DNA of 64,000 nt from Ruminococcaceae bacterium OttesenSCG-928-D13 (GTDB lineage Bacteria; Bacillota; Clostridia; Oscillospirales; Ruminococcaceae). The translations under genes and the position numbers were made by a program. The notes beneath the pieces are model-generated. The model was not told the DNA's origin, made no database searches, and saw only the letters and a list, made by a program, of their open reading frames with translations. Positions 19,578 through 29,038 of this stretch are shown here, in pieces. Location of the stretch: positions 9,793-73,792 of the forward strand of contig JAJDIZ010000001.1 of NCBI GenBank assembly GCA_030266915.1, in the 5' to 3' direction. Position 1 is the stretch's first letter; every line of letters begins with the position of its first letter.

Positions 19578-19736
19578 AAAGGGGTCTAAAACCGCGGCTG
19601 GAGCGGGGTGGTGCCATTTTTGGAGCCGCCCGAAAAGCGGTGCCGGCGGCGCCCCGCAAAAGCTGATAGAACGCGCGAACGCCATGCCCCTGTTTTCAGG
19701 GGCATTAATTCAGAAAAACTGCAAAGGAGCGTATTT

Positions 19737-20966
19737 ATGAACAAGGCGATCAAGTGCGGCAAGCTGTTTGACGCGACGGATGGCAGCGTCAGCGAGAACA
19801 AGGTTGTTGTGATAGAGGGCGAGCGGATCAAGGAAGTTGTGGATGCCGCCGGTTTTGTCAATGCCGAGGGCTGCGAAGTGATTGACCTGAGCGACAAGTT
19901 TGTGATGCCCGGACTGGTGGAGTGCCATGTGCATGTGAGCGAAACCGGGGCGCCCGACACCTTCAAGATCAACGCGACCCAGATGATTGGCGATGGCACG
20001 CTGGTTGGCCTGAAAAACGTGCAAACCCAGCTGATGGCTGGCTTTACCACGCTGCGCAACTGCGGGTCGCCGGGCTTTTTGGATGTGTCCCTCAAAAACG
20101 CAATCAACAATGGGCTGGTTGCCGGGCCAAGAATCGTTGCCTCCGGCTCGTGCATCGGCACCACCGGCGGCCATGCCGACTCGCACTTCAACCCCTACAT
20201 CAAAACGGTGTATGACATGATCGACGGCCAGGTTGTGGACGGCCCCGACCAGGCGATGCGGGCGGCGCGTTTTGTGATCAAGTACGGCGCCGACGTGGTG
20301 AAGTTTATGTCCACCGGCGGTGTGACCACCATAGGGACGTCGCTGGGTGCGCAGCAGCTCACCTTCGAGGAGGCGCGCGCACTGGTGGAGGTGGCCGAGA
20401 TGTACGGCGCAACGTCAGCCACCCATGCCCACAGTTCCGCGGGAATCAAAACGGCCGTCAGGGCGGGGGTCACCTCCATCGAGCACGGCACCATCATGGA
20501 CGACGAGTGCGTGGAGCTGATGGTTGAGAAGGGCACCTACCTCTCGCCCACCATCATCGCCTCCAGGCGGATGATAGAGCGCGGCGCCGAGGCCGGTATG
20601 CCGGTTTACGCGCTGGAAAAGGTCAAGCAGATCGGCCAGCACCACCAGAACAGCTTCAGCAAATGCCTCAAGGCCGGGGTGAAGATCGTGTTCGCCACCG
20701 ACGCCGGCTCGCCCTGCAACCCCCACGGCGACCAGTACGACGAGTTCGGCTACCTCTGCGAATTTGGCATGACGCCGGTGCAGGCGCTGACGGCCGCCAC
20801 CCGCACCGGCGCGCAGCTGCTGCAGATGTGGGACGACATCGGGTCTGTTACGGCGGGCAAATATGCCGACATCATCGCCGTGGACGGAAACCCGACCGAG
20901 AACGTGATGGATGTGGCGAAGAACTGCTTTGTGATGAAGGGCGGCGAGGTGTACAAGCAGAACTGA
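19737..20966 (+). CDS. Amidohydrolase family metallo-hydrolase (COG1228-like)
   Basis: Track ORF 19608..20966, with the ATG at 19737 after AAAGGAG. It has the HxH metal motif (VECHVHV), later HAH/H residues, and C-terminal GKYADIIAVDGNP. Confidence 0.8.
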   Translation: MNKAIKCGKLFDATDGSVSENKVVVIEGERIKEVVDAAGFVNAEGCEVIDLSDKFVMPGLVECHVHVSETGAPDTFKINATQMIGDGTLVGLKNVQTQLMAGFTTLRNCGSPGFLDVSLKNAINNGLVAGPRIVASGSCIGTTGGHADSHFNPYIKTVYDMIDGQVVDGPDQAMRAARFVIKYGADVVKFMSTGGVTTIGTSLGAQQLTFEEARALVEVAEMYGATSATHAHSSAGIKTAVRAGVTSIEHGTIMDDECVELMVEKGTYLSPTIIASRRMIERGAEAGMPVYALEKVKQIGQHHQNSFSKCLKAGVKIVFATDAGSPCNPHGDQYDEFGYLCEFGMTPVQALTAATRTGAQLLQMWDDIGSVTAGKYADIIAVDGNPTENVMDVAKNCFVMKGGEVYKQN

Positions 20967-21021
20967 GCGGCGCTTAGGCTGCCGCGACAAGAGACGGCAC
21001 ATTTGATAAGGAGGCTTTTAC

Positions 21022-22185
21022 TTGAAGGCAATTGTAAACGGCAGGCTTGTTACAGTTACGGGCGATACCTATGAAAACGGCGCCGTGCTGATAGAGGACG
21101 GAAAGATCATCGCCGCCGGCAGCGGCATCGAGGTGCCGGCAGACTGCCAGACCATCGACGCGAAGGGCGGGTGGATCACACCCGGGTTTATTGACTGCCA
21201 TTCGCACATTTCCCTGATGGAGATGTACTCATCCATGCCGGGGATGCAGGATTTCAACGAGATGTCCGACCCGGTGACCCCGCAGGTTCGGGCGGAAGAT
21301 GCCTTTAACCCCTTCGACGCGGCCATCGCAGAGGTAATGCGGGCCGGCTTCACCACCTGTTATACGGGGCCCGGCTCCGCCAATGTCATCGGCGGCACCG
21401 GGATGAGCTTCAAGCTGCGCGGGCACACGGTGGAGGAGATGATGATTGCCGGCAGCGAGCAGATGAAGTTCGCGCTGGGCGAAAACCCAAAGCGGGTATA
21501 TGGCACCAAGGAGAAGCCGCCCATCACCCGGATGGGCACTGCCGCGCTGATGCGCGACACGCTGACGCTGGCGCGGGAGTACTCCGACGGGCTGCGGGCC
21601 TGTGAAAAAGGCGAAAAAACAGAAAAACCAAAGCTGGATCCGAAGCTCCAGGCCCTTGTGCCGGTCGTTCGGGGGGAGATGCGCTGCAAGATTCACGCCC
21701 ACCGCGCCGACGACATTGCGACGGCCATCCGTATTGCGGGCGAGTTTGGGCTGGACTATACCATCGAGCACGCAACCGAGGGCTGCAAAATACTGGATAT
21801 CCTGAAGCGGGAAAAGGTCACCTGCATCGTTGGCCCGCTTTTGATGACGCCCGACAAGCGGGAGCTGTGGGACATCCGCCTGGATACGCCGGCGAAGCTT
21901 CATGAGGCCGGCATCGAGCTGTGCCTGACCGAGGACGCCGCCTCCGAAACCATCTACCTGCCCGATCATATCGGCATCATGATAAAGCACGGCCTGCCCG
22001 AACAGGCGGCCTTCGAGGCGATCACCATCAACCCGGCGCGGGCGCTGAAACTGGACGGCCGCCTCGGCTCCATCGAACCCGGCAAGGACGCGGACATCGC
22101 CGTGTTTGATGGCCACCCCTTCAGCAACATGACCAGCTGCGTGCTGACGATGATAGACGGGGAAGTGCATCACAATTGCCTGTAG
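21022..22185 (+). CDS. Amidohydrolase family protein
   Basis: TTG start after AAGGAGG. It has the HxH motif (IDCHSHI) and GKDADIAVFDG. It is a paralog of 35243..36412. Confidence 0.75.
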   Translation: MKAIVNGRLVTVTGDTYENGAVLIEDGKIIAAGSGIEVPADCQTIDAKGGWITPGFIDCHSHISLMEMYSSMPGMQDFNEMSDPVTPQVRAEDAFNPFDAAIAEVMRAGFTTCYTGPGSANVIGGTGMSFKLRGHTVEEMMIAGSEQMKFALGENPKRVYGTKEKPPITRMGTAALMRDTLTLAREYSDGLRACEKGEKTEKPKLDPKLQALVPVVRGEMRCKIHAHRADDIATAIRIAGEFGLDYTIEHATEGCKILDILKREKVTCIVGPLLMTPDKRELWDIRLDTPAKLHEAGIELCLTEDAASETIYLPDHIGIMIKHGLPEQAAFEAITINPARALKLDGRLGSIEPGKDADIAVFDGHPFSNMTSCVLTMIDGEVHHNCL

Positions 22186-22210
22186 CCTTTGAAAACGGGA
22201 GTGTTAACAC

Positions 22211-23659
22211 ATGAGAGAACGTTTGGCCGAGCTGATGGCCTACTGCCTGCGGCTGGGTGCCGACTGTGCGGACATCCGCGTAAAAACCATCGATACCGAG
22301 TCTGTTTCTCTGGAAAACAGTGAAATCAGAGGGATCAACAGCGACCGGAGCGTCGGCTACGGGATACGGGTTTTTCTCGATGGATCGGCTGGCTTTGCCG
22401 CTGCCAGTGATTTTGACAGCATGGAGAAAACTGCCGAAAGGGCGTTTAAAATCGCCAAAGCGAGCGGGATGCTCCAGACGCGGAAGATTGCCCTGACGCC
22501 GAAGCCGGTGGTGGTGGACGACTATGCCACGCCGGTGGAAATCGACCCATTCACGGTTCCGATGAGTGAGAAGATTGCCCTGCTGATGGCCTGCGAGGAG
22601 GCGATGGGCGCGGTGCCCGGGGTGACGCAGACCAGCTCAAGCATGGATTTCCGCCGAGAGGACGTTGTTTACTGCGACTCCGACGGCAGCTACATCACAC
22701 AGAAATTCTGCCAGTCGGGCGGCGGCATCTCGGCCACGGCCGCCGGCGAACATGGCGCCGAGGCCCGCAGCTACCCCTGTGCCAACCGCGGCGCCCACGC
22801 GCGGGCCGGCTATGAGTACCTGCTCTCCCTGCGGCTGAAAGAGCACGCCGAGGAGATTGCCCGGGAGAGCGTTCAGCTGCTGAACGCGCCGGAGTGCCCC
22901 ACCGGGGTCTACGACCTGATTCTCGACCCGGGCCAGATGACGATGCAGATCCATGAAAGCATCGGGCATCCGACTGAGCTGGACCGCGTGCTGGGCTATG
23001 AGGCCGCCTACGCCGGCACCAGCTTTGTGCGTGCCGGGGACCTGCGGGACGGCCTGGCCTACGGCTCGCCGCAGGTGACGGTGGTTGCGGACGCCACCGT
23101 GCCCGGCGGGCTGGGAACCTTTGGCTACGATGACGAGGGCGTCAAGGCTGCGAGCACTCTGCTTCTGGACAAGGGCAGGCTAAAAAATTTCACCACATCG
23201 CGGGATACCGCCGGCCAGATCGGCCTGCTTTCGAACGGCGCCTGCCTGGCGGACGGCTGGCGCCACGCGCCGCTGGTGCGGATGACCAACATCAACCTGC
23301 TGCCCGGCGCGTATGAGCTGGACGAGCTGATTGCCGGCATCGAGGATGGGCTGATGCTCTCCGGCACAAAAAGCTGGAGTATCGATGACAAGCGCATCAA
23401 CTTCCAGTTTGCCTGCGAGATCGCCTGCGAGATCAAGAACGGAAAAAGAACGGGGCGCATCTTTAAAAATGCGATCTACAGCGGGATAACCACCCAGTTT
23501 TGGGCAAACTGCGACGGCGTGGCCAACGAAAAATATTGGAGCATGGGCGGCACGCCTTTCTGCGGCAAGGGCCAGCCGGACCAAACGGCCCGCGTGGGGC
23601 ACGGCTCGTCGCCCACACGGTTTAGAAAAGTGAAAGTGGGCGTGGGCGATGCTGGATAA
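22211..23659 (+). CDS. tldD: TldD-like metalloprotease subunit (TldD/PmbA family)
   Basis: 482 aa. It contains the HExxxH zinc motif (IHESIGHPTE) that distinguishes TldD from PmbA/TldE. Confidence 0.75.
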   Translation: MRERLAELMAYCLRLGADCADIRVKTIDTESVSLENSEIRGINSDRSVGYGIRVFLDGSAGFAAASDFDSMEKTAERAFKIAKASGMLQTRKIALTPKPVVVDDYATPVEIDPFTVPMSEKIALLMACEEAMGAVPGVTQTSSSMDFRREDVVYCDSDGSYITQKFCQSGGGISATAAGEHGAEARSYPCANRGAHARAGYEYLLSLRLKEHAEEIARESVQLLNAPECPTGVYDLILDPGQMTMQIHESIGHPTELDRVLGYEAAYAGTSFVRAGDLRDGLAYGSPQVTVVADATVPGGLGTFGYDDEGVKAASTLLLDKGRLKNFTTSRDTAGQIGLLSNGACLADGWRHAPLVRMTNINLLPGAYELDELIAGIEDGLMLSGTKSWSIDDKRINFQFACEIACEIKNGKRTGRIFKNAIYSGITTQFWANCDGVANEKYWSMGGTPFCGKGQPDQTARVGHGSSPTRFRKVKVGVGDAG

Positions 23660-24998
23660 AAACCGGACCCGGGAGATTGTGGAGAAGCTGGTCTCATACA
23701 CCGGAAATTATGCGGTGGTGAATATTTACGACAACGGCGAGCGGCTTTCGAAGTTCGCCAATTCGCAGATTGTCCACAACGTTGAAACGGAGGACGTTCT
23801 GGTGGTGCTCACCGTTTACAGCGGCAAAAAAGAGGCCACCTGCTCGGCGAACCTCTACGACGACGAGAGCTTAAAGCAGCTTGCGGCCAAGGCTGACGGC
23901 ATTCTCGACCTGATGCCGGAAGGCGCGTGTGAACGGTTCCCGCTGGGGGAGGAGGCGGTGCCCGAAAGCCGAAACGACAGCCGCCTGGCCGAAACCTTCG
24001 ATGTGGAGGGGCGCGTCGGGGCCATCCGGCGCTGTGTGGAAACGCTGGAGGCGGGCTTCAGCGCCGCGGGTATTTTTGCCCTGTACAAAAACATGCATGC
24101 CTTCGGCAACAGCGATGGGGTTTTCCATTACCATTACGCCGACTATGTCCACTTTGACACCACCGTCACCCACGAGAGCGGCGCAACGGGCTATGGCGGC
24201 ATGACCGCGACCCGGCTGGAGGACTGCGACGCCGAGGGGGCCTTCAAGGCGGCCTATGATAAGGCGCGGGCCGCTGTAAACCCGGTTTATGCCGAGGTGG
24301 GCGCCTACACGGTGATTTTGGAGCCGGCCGCCGTGGACGGGCTGCTGAGGTTTGTGGCAACCGGCCTGAACGGGGATAACTTCCTGAGCGGGATGAGCTA
24401 TGCCTCCGGCAGGCTGGGCCAAAAGCTCTTTGGCGAAAACTTCACCCTCCGCGACGATGTGAATAACCCCGAGACCATCCAGTGCTTTTTTGACGCGGAG
24501 GGCCGCCGCCGCACCTCGATCACTCTGATCGAAAACGGTACCCTTGAGCAGGTTGTGCACGACGGCAAAACCGCGTTCAGGGCCGGGGTCAGGCCCACCG
24601 GCCACGCCCTGGGCAGTGCCAGGGGCAGCAGCCACCCCGCGAACATGGTTTTTTACGCCAGCGGTGGCTACCCCATCAATCTGGTGATGGACGGCGGCGA
24701 CAGCACTTTGGAGGAGATGATCGCCTCCACAAAAAAGGGCATTCTGGTCACCCATTTCCACTACATGAACTATGTGGATCCCGTGACGGCGCAGGTTACC
24801 GGACTGACCCGGGACGGCACCTTCCTGATCGAGGACGGCAAAATAAAGGCGCCCATCCACAACATGCGCTTTACCGAGAGCATGCTCGACGCCTTCAGCA
24901 ACATCAGCGCGCTGTCGCGCAGGCGGGAGCGCTTTGGCACCTCGCTGGTGCCAGCCGTAAAAATCGAGAACTTCCATTTCACCAGCGGGCAAAAATAA
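23649..24998 (+). CDS. pmbA: PmbA/TldE-like protein (TldD/PmbA family, non-catalytic partner)
   Basis: 449 aa. It overlaps the tldD-like gene by 11 nt. It looks like the TldD/PmbA family but has no HExxxH motif. Confidence 0.7.
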   Translation: MLDKNRTREIVEKLVSYTGNYAVVNIYDNGERLSKFANSQIVHNVETEDVLVVLTVYSGKKEATCSANLYDDESLKQLAAKADGILDLMPEGACERFPLGEEAVPESRNDSRLAETFDVEGRVGAIRRCVETLEAGFSAAGIFALYKNMHAFGNSDGVFHYHYADYVHFDTTVTHESGATGYGGMTATRLEDCDAEGAFKAAYDKARAAVNPVYAEVGAYTVILEPAAVDGLLRFVATGLNGDNFLSGMSYASGRLGQKLFGENFTLRDDVNNPETIQCFFDAEGRRRTSITLIENGTLEQVVHDGKTAFRAGVRPTGHALGSARGSSHPANMVFYASGGYPINLVMDGGDSTLEEMIASTKKGILVTHFHYMNYVDPVTAQVTGLTRDGTFLIEDGKIKAPIHNMRFTESMLDAFSNISALSRRRERFGTSLVPAVKIENFHFTSGQK

Positions 24999-25030
24999 GG
25001 GCGGGGGAGAGGCCCGCCGCCCTTGACACG

Positions 25031-25069
25031 GAAGGCCCCCCTGTTGCAGGTTGCAACAGGGGGGCCTTC
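25031..25069. terminator. Terminator hairpin between convergent genes
   Basis: GAAGGCCCCCCTGTTGCA-GGT-TGCAACAGGGGGGCCTTC followed by TTT on the + strand. It lies between the stops at 24998 (+) and 25092 (-). Confidence 0.75.
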
Positions 25070-25091
25070 TTTACGTAGGGGGGATGTGATG

Positions 25092-26942
25092 TCAGGACTG
25101 TGAATCGTAGTAGGCCTTGATGTACTCGGCGGCCTTCTCCGGATCGGGGTTCCACTCGTTTCCGGTGGGAATCATGGTCAGGGTGGAGTGGGCGCGCGCC
25201 ACGTTGCCCTCCTTGACCGCAATGAGCTCGTCCTGGTTGATGATGTAGTGAACCGCCTTGCGCAGGTTCAGGTCGGTCATCTTGCTGCCTTCCTTCAGGT
25301 TGAAGAACAGGTTGAACACTGAGGTAGAGTCATTCCGCAGCACCTCAACGTTGGAGGCGTCGTTCAGCGAGCCAAGGTTGCCCTCGGGCATGCAGTCGTC
25401 CACCTCGCCGCTGCGAAGCGCCGAGAAGATGGTGTTCATGTCGGAGATCATCTTCAGGTTCATGTACTTGATTTTGGCGGCCTGCTCGGTGCCCGGCATA
25501 AAGCCCGGGTTGCGCTCGAAGGCCATCTCGTAGTCGTTGATGTAGAGCATCGCGTACGGGCCGCTGAACCAGTTGTTGTTGTTGAAGTTGGAGGAACCCT
25601 CGGTCAGCGTGCTCACATCGCCGTACAGAACGTCGGTGGAGGGGTCGTAGTTGCTGGCGTCAATGCCTTCGTTGGCAGCGGTGACAGCCTGCTTCGACAC
25701 GATGCCCAGCGTGCTGATGGTCAGGAAGTTGATCAGCTGGGGGGGGGGGGGCATGGTGGTGATCTCGACCACCTGATAGACGCCGCCGGCATTGTCCACA
25801 TCGGCGGTGACATCGGTCAGTTCCTTGATCTCGCTCGAGGCGATCTCGTTGAAGTAGTCATACACGCTCTGGGAGCTGCCCGAGACGTTGATATTCTTCA
25901 GCACGTCGAGGTCGGTCACGATGCCGACGGTGTCGACAGACTCCAGGTTGGTGTAGCCGCTGTTCAGCGGAACGGCGTCAACATCCTTGGCGCGCTCCAT
26001 GGTGAAAACAACGTCCTCGGCGCTCACAAGCACGCCGGTGTCCACGGCCTGGTTGTTCTCAACCTTGGCGAAGTTCACGTTGTCGCGCAGCAGGAAGTAG
26101 AAGGAGTCGTTGCCCTCGCCGGTGGCGATGGCCTGGCTCAGGGAGTACTCGGGCACAACCATGTCGTCCTTGTCGCAGGCGGTCAGCGAGATGTAAGCGT
26201 TGGACTTCATGTAGAAGGTGCTGCCCTCTTCGCTGCGCAGCGGGTCGAAGTTCGGGGGGCTGGTCTGCTGCTGGGCAGGCACGAAGGGACGGGTTTCGCT
26301 CTGGCTCATGTCAACGTACTCGGTGGTGCCGTAAAACCGCGGGGTGCCGGCGCCGAGGAAAACGGACTCGGGCACGATCACATCGGTGTTGACGGCAGTG
26401 AGCCTGGTGCGGTTGAACAGCGGGTGCACCCAGCACATCTCGTCCACCAGCCGATTCTCGATCTTGGTGTACAGGGGGATCGACTCTTCGAAGGTCATCT
26501 GGGCGGCCTCGTCGATCATGGCGGAAAGCTCGTCGTCCACGATTGGCCAGCTGTTGTAGGCGCCATCGTTGTGGAACAGCATACGCACGGCAAAGTCAGG
26601 GGCAGAGGCGTCGGTCAGCCAGCTCAAAATCCCCATGTCATACTCGCCGCTGTCCTGCACATGCACGTAGGAGGCGCGGTCGGGCTGCATGTTGACAGTC
26701 ACGTCGAAGCCCGCCTTGGTCAGCTGGTCACGAATGGCGTTGGTCTCGATCTCAAAGACCGGCATGGACAGCAGGGTGACCGGGATGGGCGGGTAGTCGC
26801 CCCCGGCGGCTGCGCCGCCACCACCGCCGCCGCCACCGCCGCCCGCGTTGCCCGAGGCAGCCGGTGTGCCGCCGCTGCAAGCGGTGCAGAACACCAGAAC
26901 AAGACATATTGCTAATGCCAACCATCTTTTTGCAAACTTCAT
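25092..26942 (-). CDS. ABC transporter substrate-binding lipoprotein, family 5 (peptide/nickel, OppA/DppA-like)
   Basis: Track ORF 25092..26984. MKFAKRWLALAICLVLVFCTAC is a signal peptide with a lipobox-like Cys. It is followed by a Gly9-Ala3-Gly2 linker (26807-26833 encodes Gly9) and a large SBP_bac_5-like body. Confidence 0.75.
   Translation of the reverse strand: MKFAKRWLALAICLVLVFCTACSGGTPAASGNAGGGGGGGGGGAAAGGDYPPIPVTLLSMPVFEIETNAIRDQLTKAGFDVTVNMQPDRASYVHVQDSGEYDMGILSWLTDASAPDFAVRMLFHNDGAYNSWPIVDDELSAMIDEAAQMTFEESIPLYTKIENRLVDEMCWVHPLFNRTRLTAVNTDVIVPESVFLGAGTPRFYGTTEYVDMSQSETRPFVPAQQQTSPPNFDPLRSEEGSTFYMKSNAYISLTACDKDDMVVPEYSLSQAIATGEGNDSFYFLLRDNVNFAKVENNQAVDTGVLVSAEDVVFTMERAKDVDAVPLNSGYTNLESVDTVGIVTDLDVLKNINVSGSSQSVYDYFNEIASSEIKELTDVTADVDNAGGVYQVVEITTMPPPPQLINFLTISTLGIVSKQAVTAANEGIDASNYDPSTDVLYGDVSTLTEGSSNFNNNNWFSGPYAMLYINDYEMAFERNPGFMPGTEQAAKIKYMNLKMISDMNTIFSALRSGEVDDCMPEGNLGSLNDASNVEVLRNDSTSVFNLFFNLKEGSKMTDLNLRKAVHYIINQDELIAVKEGNVARAHSTLTMIPTGNEWNPDPEKAAEYIKAYYDSQS
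25739..25751 (-). repeat. 13-nt G/C homopolymer inside the SBP coding sequence
   Basis: G13 on the + strand is C13 on the coding strand. It encodes MPPPPQ and is in frame in this assembly. Confidence 0.95.
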
Positions 26943-27073
26943 TTCATTACTCCCTCTCGTTTTATTGATGTGCATGGCCATCAAAACAATGGGTTTCCAC
27001 TGCTTCTATGGCCCCGTACCAACATAAAGCTGAGAGTGCCCGCCTGCTACTGCCAGGACGGTTTGGCAGGACC

Positions 27074-28039
27074 CTACTCAGCGCCGGTGAATTCCGAAAC
27101 CCGGTGACAGGCGACGAAATGATTCGGCTCGACCTCCTCGAGGGCGGGGTTGATGGAAAAGCAGCGTTCCTGGGCAAAGCTGCACCTTGCACTGAACCGG
27201 CAGCCCGGCTTTGGGTTAACGGGGGAAGTCAGCTCGCCCTTCAGGATGTGCTGCTCGCGCTTTGCATCCGGGTCCAGGGACGGAATGGCGGAGAGCAGGG
27301 CCACCGTGTAGGGGTGCAGGGGGTTTTTGTAAATCGCCCGCTTCGGCGCCATTTCGATCAGCTGGCCAAGGTACATCACGCCCACGTTGGTGGAAATGTG
27401 CTTCACCACACTCAGGTTGTGGGAGATAAAGATATAGGTCAGGTTCAGTTCCTTCTGCAGGTCGATCATCAGGTTCAGTATCTGGGCCTGGATGGACACG
27501 TCGAGGGCCGACACCGGCTCGTCGCAGACGATGAACCGGGGGTTGATGGCCAGCGCCCGCGCCACCACGATGCGCTGGCGGCGGCCGCCGTCGAACTCGT
27601 GGGGGTAGGCGTTGTACATGCGGGTGGACAGGCCAACCATGTCCATCAGCTCTTCCACGCGCGCCCGTATCTGCTTTTCCGAGGGGTAGATCTTGTGCAG
27701 CCGCAGCGGCTCCTCAATGATCTGCGCCACGGTGAAGCGCGGGTTCAGGGAGGCATAGGGGTCCTGGAAGATGATCTGCATGTATTTGCGGATCGAGCGC
27801 AGCTCCTGCTTGTCCATCCGGGTTACGTTCATGCCGTCGAAAAGAACGCTGCCGGCCGTGGCCTCGTGCAAACGCAGGATCACACGGCCCAGGGTGCTTT
27901 TGCCGCAGCCGCTCTCGCCCACAATCCCCAGGGTCTCGCCTTCGTTTATCTTGAAGCTCACGTTGTCAACCGCGTGCAAGTGCCCCTTGGGTACGTCGAA
28001 ATACTTTTTGAGGTTCCTGACCTCCAGTAAAGTCCCCAC
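27074..28039 (-). CDS. ABC transporter ATP-binding protein (OppF/DppF-like)
   Basis: Walker A GESGCGKST, signature SALD, and a C-terminal oligopeptide-type Cys-rich extension. Confidence 0.85.
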   Translation of the reverse strand: MGTLLEVRNLKKYFDVPKGHLHAVDNVSFKINEGETLGIVGESGCGKSTLGRVILRLHEATAGSVLFDGMNVTRMDKQELRSIRKYMQIIFQDPYASLNPRFTVAQIIEEPLRLHKIYPSEKQIRARVEELMDMVGLSTRMYNAYPHEFDGGRRQRIVVARALAINPRFIVCDEPVSALDVSIQAQILNLMIDLQKELNLTYIFISHNLSVVKHISTNVGVMYLGQLIEMAPKRAIYKNPLHPYTVALLSAIPSLDPDAKREQHILKGELTSPVNPKPGCRFSARCSFAQERCFSINPALEEVEPNHFVACHRVSEFTGAE

Positions 28040-29025
28040 TATTCCACACCTCCGGCAAACAGGTCAAAGTGGCATTTGAATGTCTGGCCCGTCTCCGCAT
28101 CCACCTGCTCCGGCGGATCCTCGCTTTTGCAGATGTCCTTGCAGTAGTGGCAGCGGGTGTGGAACTTGCAGCCGGAAGGCAGCGAAGCCGGGTTTGGAAT
28201 CGAGCCCTCAATGGGCGTGAGCCGAACGTCATCGTCATCGTCCAGCCTGGGGATGGACTCGAACAGCCCGCGGGTGTAAGGATGGCGGGGGTTTTTGTAC
28301 ACGGTGCGTACCTTGCCGGACTCGACGATCTCGCCGGCGTACATGATGCAGACCGTGTCGCAGGTTTCGGCCACAACGCCCAGGTCGTGGGTGATCAGGA
28401 TCATCGACATGTTGGACTGGCCGATGAGGTTGCGCATCAGCTCCAGCACCTGGGCCTGAATGGTCACGTCCAGGGCCGTGGTGGGCTCGTCGGCAATCAG
28501 CAGCTCTGGGCTGCACAGCAGCGACATGGCAATGATGACCCGCTGCTTCATCCCGCCGGAGAGCTGGTGGGGGTAGTCGTTAAAGCGGTCGCTGCGGATG
28601 CCGACCGTCTCCAGCAGCGCCTTGCACTTTTCCTCGGCAAGCTTGCGGCTGGTTTTAGTGTGCTGCCGCACCACCTCCACCATCTGCTTGCCAATCTGCA
28701 TGGTGGGGTTCAGGGCGGTCATCGGGTCCTGGAAAATCATCGAGATGCCGTCGCCGCGCATCTTCTGGTTTTCCTTTTCGGTGTTCTCGATAATGTTTTT
28801 GCCCTTGAAGTAGATCTCGCCGCCAACAATGATGCCGGGCGGGTAAGGCACCAGCTGCATGATGGAGAGCGCTATCGTTGTTTTACCCGCCCCTGTTTCG
28901 CCAACAAGCCCCATGGTTTCACCCTTGTCAAGGCTGAACGACGTGCCGCTGACCGCCTTGACTGTGCTTTCCTCGGTGGCATAGTTGACACACAGGTTTT
29001 TTACCTCGAGCAATTTCTCTGCCAT
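28039..29025 (-). CDS. ABC transporter ATP-binding protein (OppD/DppD-like)
   Basis: Walker [10 protein letters not shown], signature LSGGMKQR, Walker [13 protein letters not shown]. Its stop overlaps the next start by 1 nt. Confidence 0.85.
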   Translation of the reverse strand: MAEKLLEVKNLCVNYATEESTVKAVSGTSFSLDKGETMGLVGETGAGKTTIALSIMQLVPYPPGIIVGGEIYFKGKNIIENTEKENQKMRGDGISMIFQDPMTALNPTMQIGKQMVEVVRQHTKTSRKLAEEKCKALLETVGIRSDRFNDYPHQLSGGMKQRVIIAMSLLCSPELLIADEPTTALDVTIQAQVLELMRNLIGQSNMSMILITHDLGVVAETCDTVCIMYAGEIVESGKVRTVYKNPRHPYTRGLFESIPRLDDDDDVRLTPIEGSIPNPASLPSGCKFHTRCHYCKDICKSEDPPEQVDAETGQTFKCHFDLFAGGVE

Positions 29026-29038
29026 AATTTCGCCTCGC

